From the NCBI RefSeq assembly GCF_009914755.1, contig NC_060928.1: 64,000 nucleotides of DNA; one strand, given 5' to 3'. Origin of the DNA: the human T2T-CHM13v2.0 reference genome, Homo sapiens. Of the stretch, positions 38,995 to 57,997 are shown piece after piece (within the stretch, counting starts at the first letter, position 1; every line of letters starts with the position of its first letter). The notes beneath the pieces were generated by a model. It had not been told where the DNA came from and did no database searches. It worked only from the letters and a program-made list of their open reading frames with translations. Made by a program: the position numbers and the translations under genes.

Positions 38995-40550
38995 CCATGG
39001 AAATTAAATCAGTTTGTCGAAGAGATGTCTGCATTCCCATATTTATTGCAGCACTATTCTAATAGCCATGGAAACAACTTAAGTGTCCATCAACAGATGA
39101 ATGTATATATATTATGCATACCACACACAAACACACATACACACACACACACACATGCTGGAATACTATTCAGACTTATAAGAACAGGAAATTCTGTCAT
39201 TTGCAACAACATAGATGAACCTAGAGGACATTATGCTAAGTGAAATAAGCCAGGCACAGTGAGACAAATACCATATAATCTCACTTATATGTGAAATTTT
39301 AAAAAGGACAAACTTGTAAAACTAGAAAGTAGAATGGTGGTTACCAGTGGCTGGAGGACGGAAAGGTGGACAGGGAAAGGGGGGACATTGGTTAATAGGT
39401 ACAAAGTTTCAGTTAGAAAGGAGAAATAAGCTCTGGTGTACTATTGCACAGCACAGTGACTATAGTTAATAATAATGTTGCCTATTTCAAAATAGCTAAA
39501 AGAGAGGATTTCAAAAGTTCTTACTACAAAGAAATGATAAATATTTGAGGTGACAGATAATGAGCCTGATTTGATCATTCTACAATGTATACATGTATCA
39601 AAACATCACATTATACCCCATAAATATATACAATTATTGTCAATTACAAATAAAATAAAACAATTTTTTAAAAGTGAATGTCCAGTAACGTAACATGAAT
39701 GAGGAAAAAAGGAACGCCATCTCTTACCTTACATTGTGAACACAAATATTTATTCAAGATGAATTGTACACCTCAACATAAAAGCTAAAATATATAACAC
39801 TATTAAAATATAATATAACTTTTTTTAAAGATGGCTTTCTGACCTTGCAGTAGGCAAAGATTTCTTAGGATACAGAAAGCACTTACCATAAAAAAAAAAA
39901 AGAGACTTCATCAAAATTAAAAGCTTCCACTTATCCTAAGTCACCATTAAGAAAATGAATAGGCAAGCCAGAGTCTAGATGATACATATATCTGAATACT
40001 CTTGATAGCTGAAAATATTCTGATACACACAAATCCTAGATTATAGAAAACATGTCCTACAATTCAATAATAAACATGAACAAACAATTTTGTTTAATGG
40101 GCAAAAGACTCTGACAGGCATTTGACAAAGGAAAATTTATAAATGGCCAATAAGCATATGAAAAAGTATTATATATCATTAGTCAGCAGAAATATACAAA
40201 TTAAAACCAAAGTGAGATACCATTTCATGCCCACAAAAGTGACTAAAATTAAAAAGACTAACATCATCACATATTGACAAGGACATGGAAAACCAGAACT
40301 CTCCTACATATATTGGTAGGAGTACAAAATGTTAAAACTACCTTGGGAAATTTTGGTAGTTTTTATAATTATAAACCTACACCCAAAGTATGGCTCAACA
40401 CTCCTATTTATAAGGATTCACCCAAGACAATGGAAACCTACGTCTACCAAAAAAAAGTTGGACATAAATGTTTATGCTAGCTTTGCTTATAATAAGCAAA
40501 AGCAGGAACAACTCCAAATATATCAACTAGACAGCAGATAATTATGATAT
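38995..40550 (+). mobile_element. L1MA 3' end (about 38995-39665) followed by an older L1M fragment
   Basis: L1MA 3'UTR motifs (ctagaggacattatgctaagtgaaataagccaggcacag). Confidence 0.85.
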
Positions 40551-40551
40551 A

Positions 40552-40858
40552 CAGTCAGCCCTCCATGTTCATGGGTTCCACATCTGTAGATTCAAAAACT
40601 GAAGATCAAAAATATTAGGGGAAAAAGAATAAAAGATAACACACAGAGATAAATAAATACAAATAGAAGTACACTATAACAACTGCTTACATAGCATTTA
40701 CTTTGTACTAGTTATTATAAATAATTTATAGATGATTTAAAATAATAGGAGGATGGAACACTATGCCATTTTATATAAGGGACTTGAGCATCCACTGCTT
40801 TTGGTATGGAGAGGTTGTTCCTGGAACCAATCCCCCTGAGAGTACTGAGGGACAACTG
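40552..40858 (-). mobile_element. MER2-like TcMar-Tigger
   Basis: TIRs cagtcagccctc / gagggacaactg, preceded by TA. Confidence 0.8.
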
Positions 40859-41265
40859 CATTTGCCTAATAGAATATTACTCAGCAATTAAAAAGAATGG
40901 CAACCAGAAACAGGTTAATACCAATCATTTTCATCCGTTAGGTGTTAGTTTCCTTTTTAAGCTTTTTGAAAATTTATTTTTATTAATGTTATTTTTATTG
41001 GCAGTTATAATTGTACATATTTATGGAGAATATTGTGATATTTTGATATATGTATACAATGTGGAGTAATTAAATCAAATTAACATAACTGAGACCTCAC
41101 ATCATTTTTGTAGTGAGACATTTGAAATTTACTCTCTTAGTTGTTCTAAGATATACAGTACATTATTGTTGACTATAGTCACTCTGCTGTACAACAGATC
41201 TGAAAATTTATTCCTCTTGTTTTACTAAAATTTTAGTTAACTAAAATTTTGGTTAAATAAAACTC

Positions 41266-41900
<635 letters not shown>

Positions 41901-42172
41901 TCCATTGAAACTCTTTTGAAGTATTTTCCAAAGATGTTGATTCTTGGTATTAGTTACAAAGAGTGATAGATTCCAACCTTCCACATATATTTTGGTGTGG
42001 ATCTTACATACTCATTTCAATTATATTTATGTTATTTAAAAAATCTTTTAAGTCTATTCTATACACTTCAGGAAAATTACTTTTCTAAAATTTGATTATG
42101 CAATACAAGTTAGTTTAAAAACATCAGTACCTAAATATTTCCCATTCCCGGTTGGATAAAACCAAAACTCTT

Positions 42173-42430
42173 GGTCAGGTGTGGTGTCTCACACCTGTAA
42201 TCCCAGCACTTTGGGAGGCTGAGGCGGGTGGATCACTCGAGGTCAGGATTTCCAGACCAGCTGTCCAACATGGTGAAACCCTGTCTCTACTAAAAATACA
42301 AAAATTAGTCCAGTGTGATGGCACATGCTTATAATCCCAGCTAATTGGGAGGCTGAGGTAGAAGGATTGCTTGAACCCAGAAGGCAGAGGTTGCCATGAG
42401 CCAAGATCACACCACTGCACTCCAGTTTGA
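42173..42430 (+). mobile_element. Alu, 3'-truncated
   Basis: Alu body ends at cactgcactccag with no tail. Confidence 0.9.
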
Positions 42431-42637
42431 GAGCCCTCCCCACCAAATAAATGTTTTCAATGAAAGGAGAAAGAAAAAAGAACAGATACATATTGGGATT
42501 ATTATGTTTGTCAGGCACTGTTTATATGTATTCATACTCACCATATAAACTCCCATAAAAGTATCTACTTACTTTCATTTGGCACTTACCGTATTGTATT
42601 TTGTATTACTGTAACTTTGTGAATATGTAACATCTCA

Positions 42638-43027
<390 letters not shown>

Positions 43028-44331
43028 TTATACATGGTAGGTGATCAGTTAACATTTATGGTTAATTATAATTATCTGCAGTTTACAATTCTTTTTTACA
43101 GTTATCAAAACTTTTTATTTCAAATATTATTATGGAGTGTTATGTTGTGATATATACAATATTAAAGCAGGTAACCTCTGTTACAATATCACATATTTGA
43201 ACTTTGTATTTAGGTCTAAAAACACTTTAACTGCTTCAAACTCTTTTTCAAAGTGCTTTCAAATAAAACTGTATGTAATATAGAAGTCTGACTTGAATTT
43301 TGAATCTTATCAGTTCTATCAATCATAAGAGTTTTTGAAGGAAGAGTCTTAAATAAGTCAATGTAAGTTCTTATTTTCAAAAGCATGGAAATGTATTTAG
43401 TATCTTTTATATGCAAATCTATTTATTTAATGGCATGTGTGTAGTCTGAGATAGGACTAAAGATGTTTAGGAATATCTCTTGCTCTCCAATCAAGGAGAT
43501 CTTCCTTACCTTATAAATACAAACTTTAGAACATTACATTTTCAGAATAAACTACTGAAACATGCAACAATACAGATGAATCTCGAAACATGCTGAGTGA
43601 GAAATAAGACAAAAAAGAGTATATACTATATATATATGTTTACATGAAGTTTCAGAACAGACAAAACTATTCTATGGAGATAGGAATCAGAGCTGTGTTT
43701 GTCTGTGATAGGAGGAGGCAAACAGTCAAGGACCATGTTGATAGCAAGAGGGAAATTTCTATAGTGATGAGAAGGTCCTACATCTTGATAGAGATGTGAG
43801 TTATATGGGTATATGCATTCGTCAAAACTCCTCAAAGTGTAATTCTTAAGATCTGTGCATTTCACTCTATGTAAATTAAACTGCCATAAAAAATGTTTAA
43901 CTAAATTTCCTCTTGGGAAAGAGGAAAATTGCTGAATGAGCCAATAAGTTAGGGTTCCTAAACCTGAATATCTAGTCCCATACCCTGAATCTTGATTTTT
44001 CAGACCCAAGCAGCCACAGCAATAGGAAAGGCCAGAGTCACCAGGATGTTAAGAGACCTAACCCTCAGAGTGAGGCAGACAATTGATGGAGATTTACATA
44101 GCAATCAACAGATGAGAATTCAGACTCTTAAAAAACAGGTTTTCAGAAAAGCGTGGCAGTAAGGAGATTTCTGGGTTCAGCTGCAGGGACTAATTCAGTG
44201 CTAGGACTCGGATGCAGAAGGAAATGAAGGTGCTGAAGAACACTTTCTGAATCCAATTCTCAAGTGAATTAAGGGGGTAGCAGTGAAACCAACTAATGCC
44301 CTAAGGTCTCTTGTCAAAAGAGGTCCTGGAG

Positions 44332-44466
44332 TAGGGTGACCAATTGGTCTCCATTTGCCAGGTACTTCTCAGGTTCTAGCAGGCATTTCTCATGTTCTAA
44401 CACTTAAAGTCCTACATCATAGGAAATCTCTCAATCCCAGGCAAACTGGAGAAGCTGGCCATCCTA
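44332..44466. mobile_element. hAT-Blackjack MITE (MER81/MER94-like)
   Basis: TIRs tagggtgacc / ggccatccta. Confidence 0.7.
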
Positions 44467-45659
44467 TCCTATAATCTAGAATAGACTTGAACCCTCAGAT
44501 GGAAGTTGAGAGATAGCAACTGTGAAAGAACGAGTTGCAAAAGAAAGAAGTCATGAGTTCCTTAAAAGAGTGATGTCATTAAAGAAGTGTCACCTAGCTA
44601 TACTTTCAACAGTTAGATTATTATGTCATGAATTAGGATGGTAGCAAGGGGATGGAAAGGGTTTGATAAAAAGCAAGCAAAATTAGCAAAATTATGGAAC
44701 TGAATCAATAGAACATGCTGACTGATACAATATGAGGGGATGGTGGAGGGTCCACATTTACTCTTTGAGTACCATGTTCACTATGATTTCACAGAATGCC
44801 TTCCCTCAGAGTCAGTCATGTATCTTTCATGATACTATTAGAATATAAGATTTCCCCAAGTGTATTCTACTTGGGGAACAGTGGCTTTTTGCAAAAACTA
44901 TTCCACAGTTCAAAAGTTTCAGAAATGCTGCATATAATAGCTGCCCTTTGGAAAGCCATGTTTTATTACACGTACTACAGTGAGCAGGTCTATGCAAACC
45001 TACCCTCAAAGGCCAAGGAAGCTGAGAGGCCAAAGAAAGAGGCTACCACATCCAGTTTCTCAGAAAGAAACATTTAATCCCTGTACCCTCACTTGAGAAA
45101 GTATTCTTATGTAGCAAGCATTTGTTTTTTTTTTTGTTTTGTTTTGTTTTTTTTGGTGAAACATGTGCAGCTAGTCCTGTGTCAGACTGTCTTGCAAAAC
45201 TTGTGACCACTGGGGAAGTTAGATAAACATTTTTATGAGGGATTTTTCTATGCTATAGGCATTGTTTCTTGACCTTGCTGCAGGAACACAGAATCCAGTC
45301 GCCAAACATCAGTCATCATTGGCTACTATCCAGTAGCCAAACCCATCTTGGTTCTGCTTCAAGATGGCATTACTCTTGCCATGTGACAGGGTGTTTTCTA
45401 TATTACATTAATAAATTAAAGGTGCTGAGAAGCCCTGAGGAAAAGAAAACTATTAAAATTTCTCAATATTACTTCTCAAATGCAGTTTTTAATTAATATC
45501 TTTTATCATGCTGTTGGAATGGGAAACACAGAGCCCACAGCTTACCATAGTCATAGTGATTGGCAATGCTGCGAATTTAAAACACTAACAGTTCCCAATA
45601 AGGGTAAACTTTCTGACCTTTAAACTTCATGTAAGAAAAGGGGTCTACCTTCCACTTAC

Positions 45660-45925
45660 TTTTCTTTTTAACTAATAGACTTTATTTGTAGGGCAGCTTC
45701 AAGTTTACAGAAAAATTGAGCAGAAAAGTGTAGAGAATTCCCATATACCCTACTCCCTCCCCATAGTTTCCCCTATTATTAATATCTTGCACTCATGTGA
45801 TACATTTGTTACAACTGATGAACCAATAATGATACATTATTAACTAAAATCCATGGTTTACATTAGGGTTCATTCTTTGCGTTGTGCATTTCTATGGGTT
45901 TTGACAAATGTATAGCATCATGTTG
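45660..45925 (-). mobile_element. L1MB-type 3' end fragment
   Basis: acagaaaaattgagcagaaa...ttcccatatacc motif. Confidence 0.7.
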
Positions 45926-48900
45926 CAATCACTTTTAATTTTTTTCTTGCTCAGGAGTCAATTTTACATTCAGAAAACAATTGTGTTCACATCAAACAAA
46001 AGTAGATAAATTGGTCTCCTGAAAGTTCTTCCTAGTGGACAGAGCACTACTATTAGAATTCAACGGTACTTTGAACCAACTGTTATTAAGCTTATAAAAG
46101 TACGGGTTTGCTTTTGCTTTTGTTTTGGAATGGGAACCTCCCACAACTAGCAAAATTATGTCCCTTTGTGGTTAAACGTACTTTGATTCCAAATACAAAA
46201 TATCTGCCACAATAAAAACAGTTCCACACAACTTTTCAGTATCCTAATAGCATTTTTTTTTTGAAAGTCTGAATGTAGTTCACAAATGATAACGGGGGGA
46301 GGGAAAGTCTATTGTAAAATAATATCAAAGAAGATTAAGCCTCCTCAGGTAGCAGCAGCTTAAAAAATCTAATTAGTGTATGTGTCTTTTGAACAATGAT
46401 GCTAATAGAAAACGCCCTTTTCTTAGATCCCAGCAGAAGCTGGTGTGTGAGATAAAGAAAGTTATTCTTGCCAGACATCCTCAGGTTTACTCACACTTCA
46501 ATCCATACACATCTGTAGCATTTCCAATTTCCCTTATCCTAGAAGCATGAAAAAAGCATGAAGATACCATGGACTACATTTGAGTTTGGTCTGGAAATTC
46601 AACTTCCCACTCTGCGGCAATTCCTGCAACCTTTAATGGGGCTATTCTCACCTCTGACCGTAATTTGTCAGCATGGTGCTCAAAAGGCAGTCACTGAGGT
46701 AGGCTAAGAAGCAAAATATGAGCCAAACATTGTGTAATTAAATTAAAATAAAAGTTTAATAATTTTTTATAAACAAGTCTGCCATCACTACTTGCTAAAA
46801 ATTTCTAATATTAAAGAGCTTATTTTTAAACATTTATATGAGAAGACTTTTTCAATCATCTAACTAATTGGTGAATTCTGGGTCTGTCTTATCAAACAAT
46901 AGTACAAGTAATAGTAATACATGATGATCGTATACAAACACTTAAAAGAGTAATAATCAGAATTAATAATATGAATTTGGTGTATTTAGTCTTACATTTT
47001 TAAGCCAAATACTTATCAGCATAAATTTATATGTGTAGCTTATGTCTGGTCTAAAAATCTGCTGGATTTTCAAATCATTAACAAAAAATATTTTCTTAGA
47101 GTATCCTAAACATGCTATTTCACCTATATTGCAATGCTACATTTGACAAGGAAACAGGAAAATAAAAATCTGATCTTGAAAATTGTCCAAATTCATGAAA
47201 ATAGTGCAATGATAATAGTAGTTAAATTCAACATATGCTTTATATGAGTGCAAGATAATTAAAACATTTTTGAGATAATGCATAAATACTTTCAAAGCTT
47301 ATTAGAAATATGTATAGGCCAGTCTGTGTGACCTGAGCAGATCGCATGGCCTCTTCATTTCCCAATTTAGGCACTGTCATAATAGGGATAATAATATTCA
47401 CTTCACAGACTTTTCATGAGAAACAAATTAGATAATGTATGTGACAGTGCCTAGCACAACCCTTAGTAGATGACAGTCACTCAATAGATATTGAACATTC
47501 TGATTGCAATGAGAGATGTAACCCACACTTAGATTAAAATTTCCTGACATAACGTTGTAAGCTATGAACATTGTCCAATGGCCCAGAAGCATTAATTTTC
47601 TGTTGTTTGATAATGTTCTTAAAGTGTATATTCAAAAGGAGATACAGTTGATCATATGCTATTTGGAGGTGTTGAAGCAGCACTATAGAACTAATAATAA
47701 ACTTGAAGAAATTTGAGCCTATCTGCCAGTCTACACCTGAGATACTATTCAGGACATCAGTGATTCTTACTGGAAATTTCCCAGATAAAATTCAGCCACT
47801 TTGTCAGCAAATATTCAGAGACATAGTCTTTCACAAGAAATAGATAACAAATTTAAAAAAAAAATAATTGAGCAAAAATAGTGTCACTGTTAGAGCTGTG
47901 TGACATTCTTTTCATTTAATTAAAAATTAATTCAACCAGCAAATCACTGAGTAGCATATCAGTATAAAACTCTATGCTAGAGATTAGAAAAAGAAATCTG
48001 AGAAATGGTCACCATCAAAAAGGAGTTTGTGATCTTATTGTTAGACTGGACCACTTGAAAGAAAAAATATCTATAAATGAATCCCTACACGTGAAACAAA
48101 AAAAAAATGAAGTCTCCTGTTTGAAAAGGAAAAACCTCAACACAGTCATGCAAGTAGAAAATATGGATCTCAAATCCTGTATTTACCTTGGGAAGAAGCA
48201 TAGTCAAATAAAAATGGAAACCTTAGTCTCAGTTCCACTGTGACTATGACTACCCATCAGATGTTGGGCAGATAGTGGCTCTGTCGACATGTTTCTTCAT
48301 CTACAATGTATCAGGTCTAGATCACATGATAATTATGGTTCTGTAACAAAATGGAAAAGAGAGTCTTCAGATGACTCAATGAACAGAATTTAGACAGAGA
48401 TTTCATAAGAATAGACTTAAAAGTGACGGAAAACATATCTTGTTTGGATGAGAGTAAAGAGATCACTTTCCTAGTTAAAACAAGAAGGAAAGCAGTGGAA
48501 TATCTTCAACTATATTGTCTTCTAGGCAAAATATACAAACCAAACATTTACATTGCAAATTAAAACATAAGGCAATGAGAATAGGATTCACTGCTAAAGT
48601 CAGTTCTGGCTTTTTGAGTCATTTAACAAATACTACCTTATGATAAGTCAAAGTCGCTATCATTTTTATCATTATTATCACAAATGTCATCATTAATATC
48701 ATCATTATTTTAGCTATTATCTGTTGAAAGCATCCTCTGTGCCATCACTGGCTGATGATTTACAGACATTTGCTCTAGTCACACAGCATTTCTTGATGAT
48801 TATCTCTAACATCTATCAACCATCCACAGTGTGCCTGGGCCCATGTTACAATACAATCCTCACTACTGTATCATAAGGTAGGTAGAGTTATTGTCCTTAT

Positions 48901-49057
48901 TTTATATACAAGAAAACGGAGACTTAGAGAGAGTTTAAGTCATTTATTCAGGATCACAAATGACCGCCATGGGTCAGTATTGACATCTGTGCATATCTAA
49001 CTGAAATTTCAACTTTCAGAGAGGTTAAGAAAAAAATGCGAGTGAACTCAATGATAA

Positions 49058-51893
<2,836 letters not shown>

Positions 51894-52912
51894 TAAAAAG
51901 ATGTATCCCTCATTAGAAGGTCTTTGCACACACTCAGAACGGGAGCACTAAATCACTGTCCAATCATTATTGTCCTGTGTGGAGCCTATGGAAAGGTGGC
52001 AGTCAGAGCAGCTATGACCTTGTAAGCTGAAGCAGAGAAATCCCCAAAAAGAAAAGGCAGAAGAAGCCCTTCAAGGATGTGGCATACACAGCTTTTTAAA
52101 AATGTGACATGGCTGTGAACTGCTGAGAAACAGCAGCTAATAGGACACCTGATGTTCCGCTATAAGGAATGTGACTTCTCCTTTTTGAGCACAGGCTCTT
52201 TAGGCCAACCGTGAATTTAAGAGACAAATTCTGAGTTTCTTCAAATAGCTACAGTCCCTAAACTGAAATCCCCATTCATATACACAACGTAGAAGGAATA
52301 TTGGTAGTAGTCTTTTCAAACACTGATGTACGCTCTGATTGAAGACGTCATCTATAGAAATGAAATACAATGATATTATGAATGCATGTGTACATGCACA
52401 AACAAGCACACGTGTTCATCCAGTTAACAAATATTCATTGAATTCATCTACTCTACATGATCAAGACAAAAACGTGTTCGGATATTGCTTCTGCTCTTTC
52501 ATGGAGCTCAATGATTTTTAGACACAGACATGAATGATTATAATGCGAGGGATTTTTAAATTGCTAAATCATTACAGTGATGGGAATAAAGCAATGAATA
52601 CTTGGAAAAAAGAGATTATTTCTATCTGGGGTGATCAGAGTGCTCAGAAATGTGTGCACACACACACATACACACACATATCATAGTCAGCAATATATTT
52701 TGTGAGAAATGTCTAGAAACGTACAAAAGGAACCAGCCAATGGTAATGAAGAGACTGTTAACCAAAGATCTACAATACAAATAGAAAAATGAGCCAGGTT
52801 ACTCACTACCACAAGTAACACCAAGAACTTGCAAGAGCTTGCAGTGATGAATTTGGAATAGACAAACTAGAAGTGAAGTTCAACTACCAAAACTTATAAA
52901 AATTAAATGAAG

Positions 52913-53184
52913 GGCCAGGTGCAGTGGCTCACACCTGTAATCCCAGCACTTTGGGGTGCCAAGGCAGGTGGATAGCTTGAGCCCAAGAGTTCAAGACAAG
53001 TCTGGACAACATGGCAAAACCTCGTCTCTACAGAAAATATTAGCTGGGCATAGTGGCATGCACCTGTGGTCCCAGCTACTTGGAAGGTAGGGATGAGAGA
53101 ATCACTTGAGCCCAGGAGGTCAAGGCTGCAGTGAGCCATGAGCATTCCACTGCACTCCAGCTAGGGTGACAGAGCAAGGTCCAC

Positions 53185-53217
<33 letters not shown>
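52913..53217 (+). mobile_element. Alu (AluJ-type)
   Basis: ttgagcccaagagttcaag and gtcaaggctgcagtgagc; TSD aaaattaaatg. Confidence 0.95.
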
Positions 53218-53219
<2 letters not shown>

Positions 53220-55218
53220 AAATGGAAAGAAGATTCTGTTTCTAATAAATATAACAGTCAAATAGAAAACACTCTCTCAATCAATAAAGCAAGTACCTCC
53301 TTCCCTTATGTGTGAACCTCATACAACTTTCTGTAATGAACTCTGTGAACTCATTGTTATTCTAATGAAGTGGATATGTAAGTATAAATTAATTCTCTCA
53401 GTTCCACATGTTTAACACTAAATAACTGAGTGTCTACTAGGTGCAGGATTGTGCTATGGTCTTTAACATTTGTTTACCTATTCTGGGTATTATCTCATTC
53501 TACCATTAAATATTATTCACACTCAGTTTGTAGGAAAAATTGAGATATGCCAACTAAAACTTCAGCAATCTTTCAATAACATCACTTGCTTCTAACATAA
53601 AGGAAGGTATTCCATTTTTCCCCTTATTAGAGCATCTCAAGGCTTATCTTTGAGTTTAGTAAGGTACTACTAAATAATAAACAGCACTTATCTTTTCTTC
53701 TCCCCACTCAAAAGCTTGTCAGAATATATTCCAGAATATCAAAAACAAAACATAGCAAGCCTAAGTAAGTCCTTATTTTAGCTAAGTGAATAACATGCTG
53801 GTAATTCTGATTTTTAATAGATGGAAATGTACACATCATGAAATTAAGGCCAAAGACTAAGTAAACACTGTAAAACCCATAAAAAGTTTCCTAAAATCTG
53901 GAGACTCCAATTCACTATATTAAGACATCACAAGAAAGAAACTGTGAATTACAGATGGTTCAAAATTTTTGTCAAAATAACACATTTAAGTTGGTTGTTG
54001 AATAAAGGTTATGGTCTCTGCTTAGACTGAGAGCTTGCTGAAATTATGTCTCAGGCATAACATCCTCCCTAATAGTTAACATAGTGCTTGGTAGAAAAAT
54101 AGGAAGAAACCATATTTATTAAGGACGTATATAATTAATCATATCCATTCTATGATAGTTGCCTAAGTTTTCCTAGCATTAGACATGAGAAACAACCATT
54201 CACTTTCCCAAAGCTAAATCGAGTCTCTTAAATAAATATTTTGAAGAAGAACACATTCTGACATGTCTTTTGAAACTAAAGAAAACAATTCAAATTCAAT
54301 TTAACCTATTTCTACATTCCTAAATGAAACCACTAAAGAGAAATTTATTCCAGTCTAAACTTTGCAATCACAGAAGAAAAACCTCTGTGGGGAAGTCTCC
54401 CCATGGATCCCTCCTGGCCCTTGTTGGGCATCCCTGCTCCAGAGTAGCCCATCAGAGTCAGTGAAGCACAATGGCTTTACAAGCAGGCAGCCATTTCCAA
54501 GGCTGAGTGTGCAACATGTCATTCATAAGTAAAGCCCTCAGGCTCATCCAAATTCTACAGCAGCCAGTCATTCCCTGTGAGGTCGCTATCTTAAGGAGAT
54601 TAAAGAAGTCTTTCATGAAGTCTTGCCAGTGCTTAAGATTGTCATTGTCTCATCAGATTAACACTAGCACTCTGATGTAAAAGACATCCAGGTTCTCTGT
54701 GGTTTAAGGCAATTCTTTTGCAGGAATCTCTGAGGATAGGTGGCCACAGCTATAGCAGCTTCCAGTACAGCTCTACTGCCCAACTACCAGAAGACCTGGA
54801 GTTCCAGAAGAAAAGGTGATTCTCATGATTCTCCAAGTGCTGCAGAGAAGCTGACCTGGCAATGATAATGGCACTTCTACTGTGCCTCTGCAGTCAGGAG
54901 TTTCCCAGTCCAGCTGCAGGCCTTGGTGAAGGAGAAGAGCCAGAAGGGCTGTATAATCTCAAATCTTACTTGGAGTGGGGAGTACCTCCCTCATTAGAGT
55001 GTAAGTTTCATGAGAGCAGGGACCTTTCTATTTATGTCTATATCCACCATACCCAGAAGAGTTCATAGTAAAAATTCAATACATTTTTGTTGAATCAAAG
55101 AATACTGAATGAATCGGTGAATCACTAAAGCAGTCAAGAATGAACAATATTAGGAATAAACATTTTTAAGTCTCTCAGCTTGTGCTCTTCCTCCTCTATA
55201 GTCTATTCTCAGAGCAGC

Positions 55219-55579
55219 TATATTAGTCAGGGTTCTCTAGAGGGACAGAACTAATGGAATATATATATTATATAGTCCGAGTTCCAAAATTAAAGAACTT
55301 GGAGTCCGATGTTCGAGGGCAGGAAGCATCCAGCACAAGAGAAAGAAACAGGATGGGAGGCTAGGCCAGTCTCTCCTTTCACATTTTTCTGCCTGCTTAT
55401 ATTCTAGCTGCTCTGGCAGCTGATTAGATTGTGCCCACCCAGATTAAGGGTGGGTCTGCCTTTCCCAACCCACTGACTCAAATGTTAATCTCCTTGGCAA
55501 CACTCTCACAGACACACCCAGGATCAATACTTTGTATCCTTCAATCCAATCAAGTTGACACTCAGTATTAACCATCACA
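55219..55579 (-). mobile_element. MLT2A-type (HERV-L) solo LTR inserted in an L2 (about 55160-56125)
   Basis: tatattagtcagggttctctagagggacagaac...aaccatcaca; perfect 5-bp TSD gcagc. Confidence 0.9.
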
Positions 55580-56885
55580 GCAGCCATGTGATAACTTATA
55601 TTACACCATGTCTCTTCCCTATGCAATACCCCACAATGGCTGACAACACACTGGGAATAAAATGTAAATTCCTTATCATAGCCTGCCAGGCCCCACATGC
55701 TCCAACTCCTAGCTCCTTCTCTCCCTCACTGGCCTCTTTGTAGTTTCTCAGACAAGTCAAGAATGCTTCCACCTCATGGCTTTTGCACTTGCTGATCCTC
55801 CTGTCTGCAACTCTCTTCCTTAACGTGTGCATTATTCACACTTCAGTTCATTCGGAACTCACTGAACTCTGGAGAGGACTTTTTGACAAGCCTGTCTAAA
55901 ATAGTACCCCACATCACCTCTATCCCTTACTCACTGGCTGTTTTTCTTTACAGCAGTTACTCTTTTCGACATATTAAATGTTGATATGTTCATTTTCTGT
56001 CTCCCCCTCTAAAATGTGTGAGGATGAGGATGATATTTTGTTTATCAGTGGATCCTCAGCACCTGGGCAAATGCCCAAAATATACTAGAGTACATTATGT
56101 AAAAATTTGGTGAATGATTGAATGCAACAATCTTACAAATTTGCTCTGACATCCTTGAAAATTCCACAAAGCGAAGATATCATTCAGTCACTGAACAGTT
56201 ATCTGGTACTGCTTTTGTACCTGGCACTGGATAGGCCTTGGGAGAGGCACGGGAGAGAGTCACATAAATCCCTCATGGACCCAGCCCTTAAGAAGACTAG
56301 GGCAGGCTTTAAACATGTTCCATGAATTGCTACAGGCAATATACAAACTGTAAAGAGAAATAAGGAGGAAACAGTTCTACCTGAGGGTGAGAAAGGCTTC
56401 ATGGAAGAATTGAAATGTAGGCCTGAAATAACTTTCCATAAGGAAGTGGCGGCATATGCTCAAGGGAGCATGGAACAGTCTGGTGGGATGAGGTAAGGAA
56501 ATGTAGGTAAGTATGGTCACAGCACAAAAAGCACAGGGCTCCAAGAGCAGCAGTGCATGTGTGGTGAGAGCTGAGGCTTCATGGGAAAGTGAGAAACTGA
56601 TTATTGTTTATTTCCCATGTTAAGGATCTGGAACTTTATTCTGCAGCCCAACGAATCCTCCTTAAGTCCCGGCCTAGCAGGATCATTACTACTTTAAGGT
56701 CTGAAAGGGACGAAACGTCCATCTCCATCTGCGTGCATCACAACTTTACTACCAGCATTTCTATATTGTAGAAATCATTTTGCATGTGAATAATGCCTAA
56801 AAGGGAACACAAAAACAGGAAAACAATTTGATTCACTGGGAATTGGAGCTTTGGGGGTTTCCTTTTTGTTACTGAACTTCTTTTC

Positions 56886-57397
56886 TGTTGGGAATAGGCC
56901 CCCAAAATCTCGCCATAAACTGGCCCCAAAACTAGCCATAAACAAAATCTCTGCAGCACTGTGACATGTTTGTGATGGCCATGACGCCCACGCTGGAAGG
57001 TTGTGGGTTTACCGGAATGAGGGCAAGGAACACCTGGCCCACCCAGGGAGGAAAACCGCTTAAAGGCATTCTTAAACCACAAACAATAGCATGAGCCATC
57101 TGTGCCTTAAGGATGTGCTCCTGCTGCGGATAACTAGCCAGAGCTCATCCCTTTATTTCAGCCCATTCCTTTGTTTCCTGTAAGGAATACTTTTAGTTAA
57201 TCTATAATCTATAGAAACAATGCTTATCACTGGCTTGCTGTCAATAAATACATGGGTAAATCTCTGTTCGAGGCTCTCAGCTCTGAAGGCTGTGAGACCC
57301 CTGATTTCCCACTCCACACCTCTATATTTTTGTGTGTGTGTCTTTAATTCCTCTAGCACCGCTGGGTTAGGGTATCCCTGACCGAGCTGGTCTTGCA
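56886..57397 (+). mobile_element. MER9 solo LTR (HERV-K HML-3 family)
   Basis: 512 bp, TG...CA termini, MER9-type start tgttgggaataggcccccaaaatc, AATAAA at 57243, perfect 6-bp TSD cttttc. Confidence 0.9.
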
Positions 57398-57427
57398 CTT
57401 TTCATTTCCTATTAAAACCTGGTTTTC

Positions 57428-57997
<570 letters not shown>

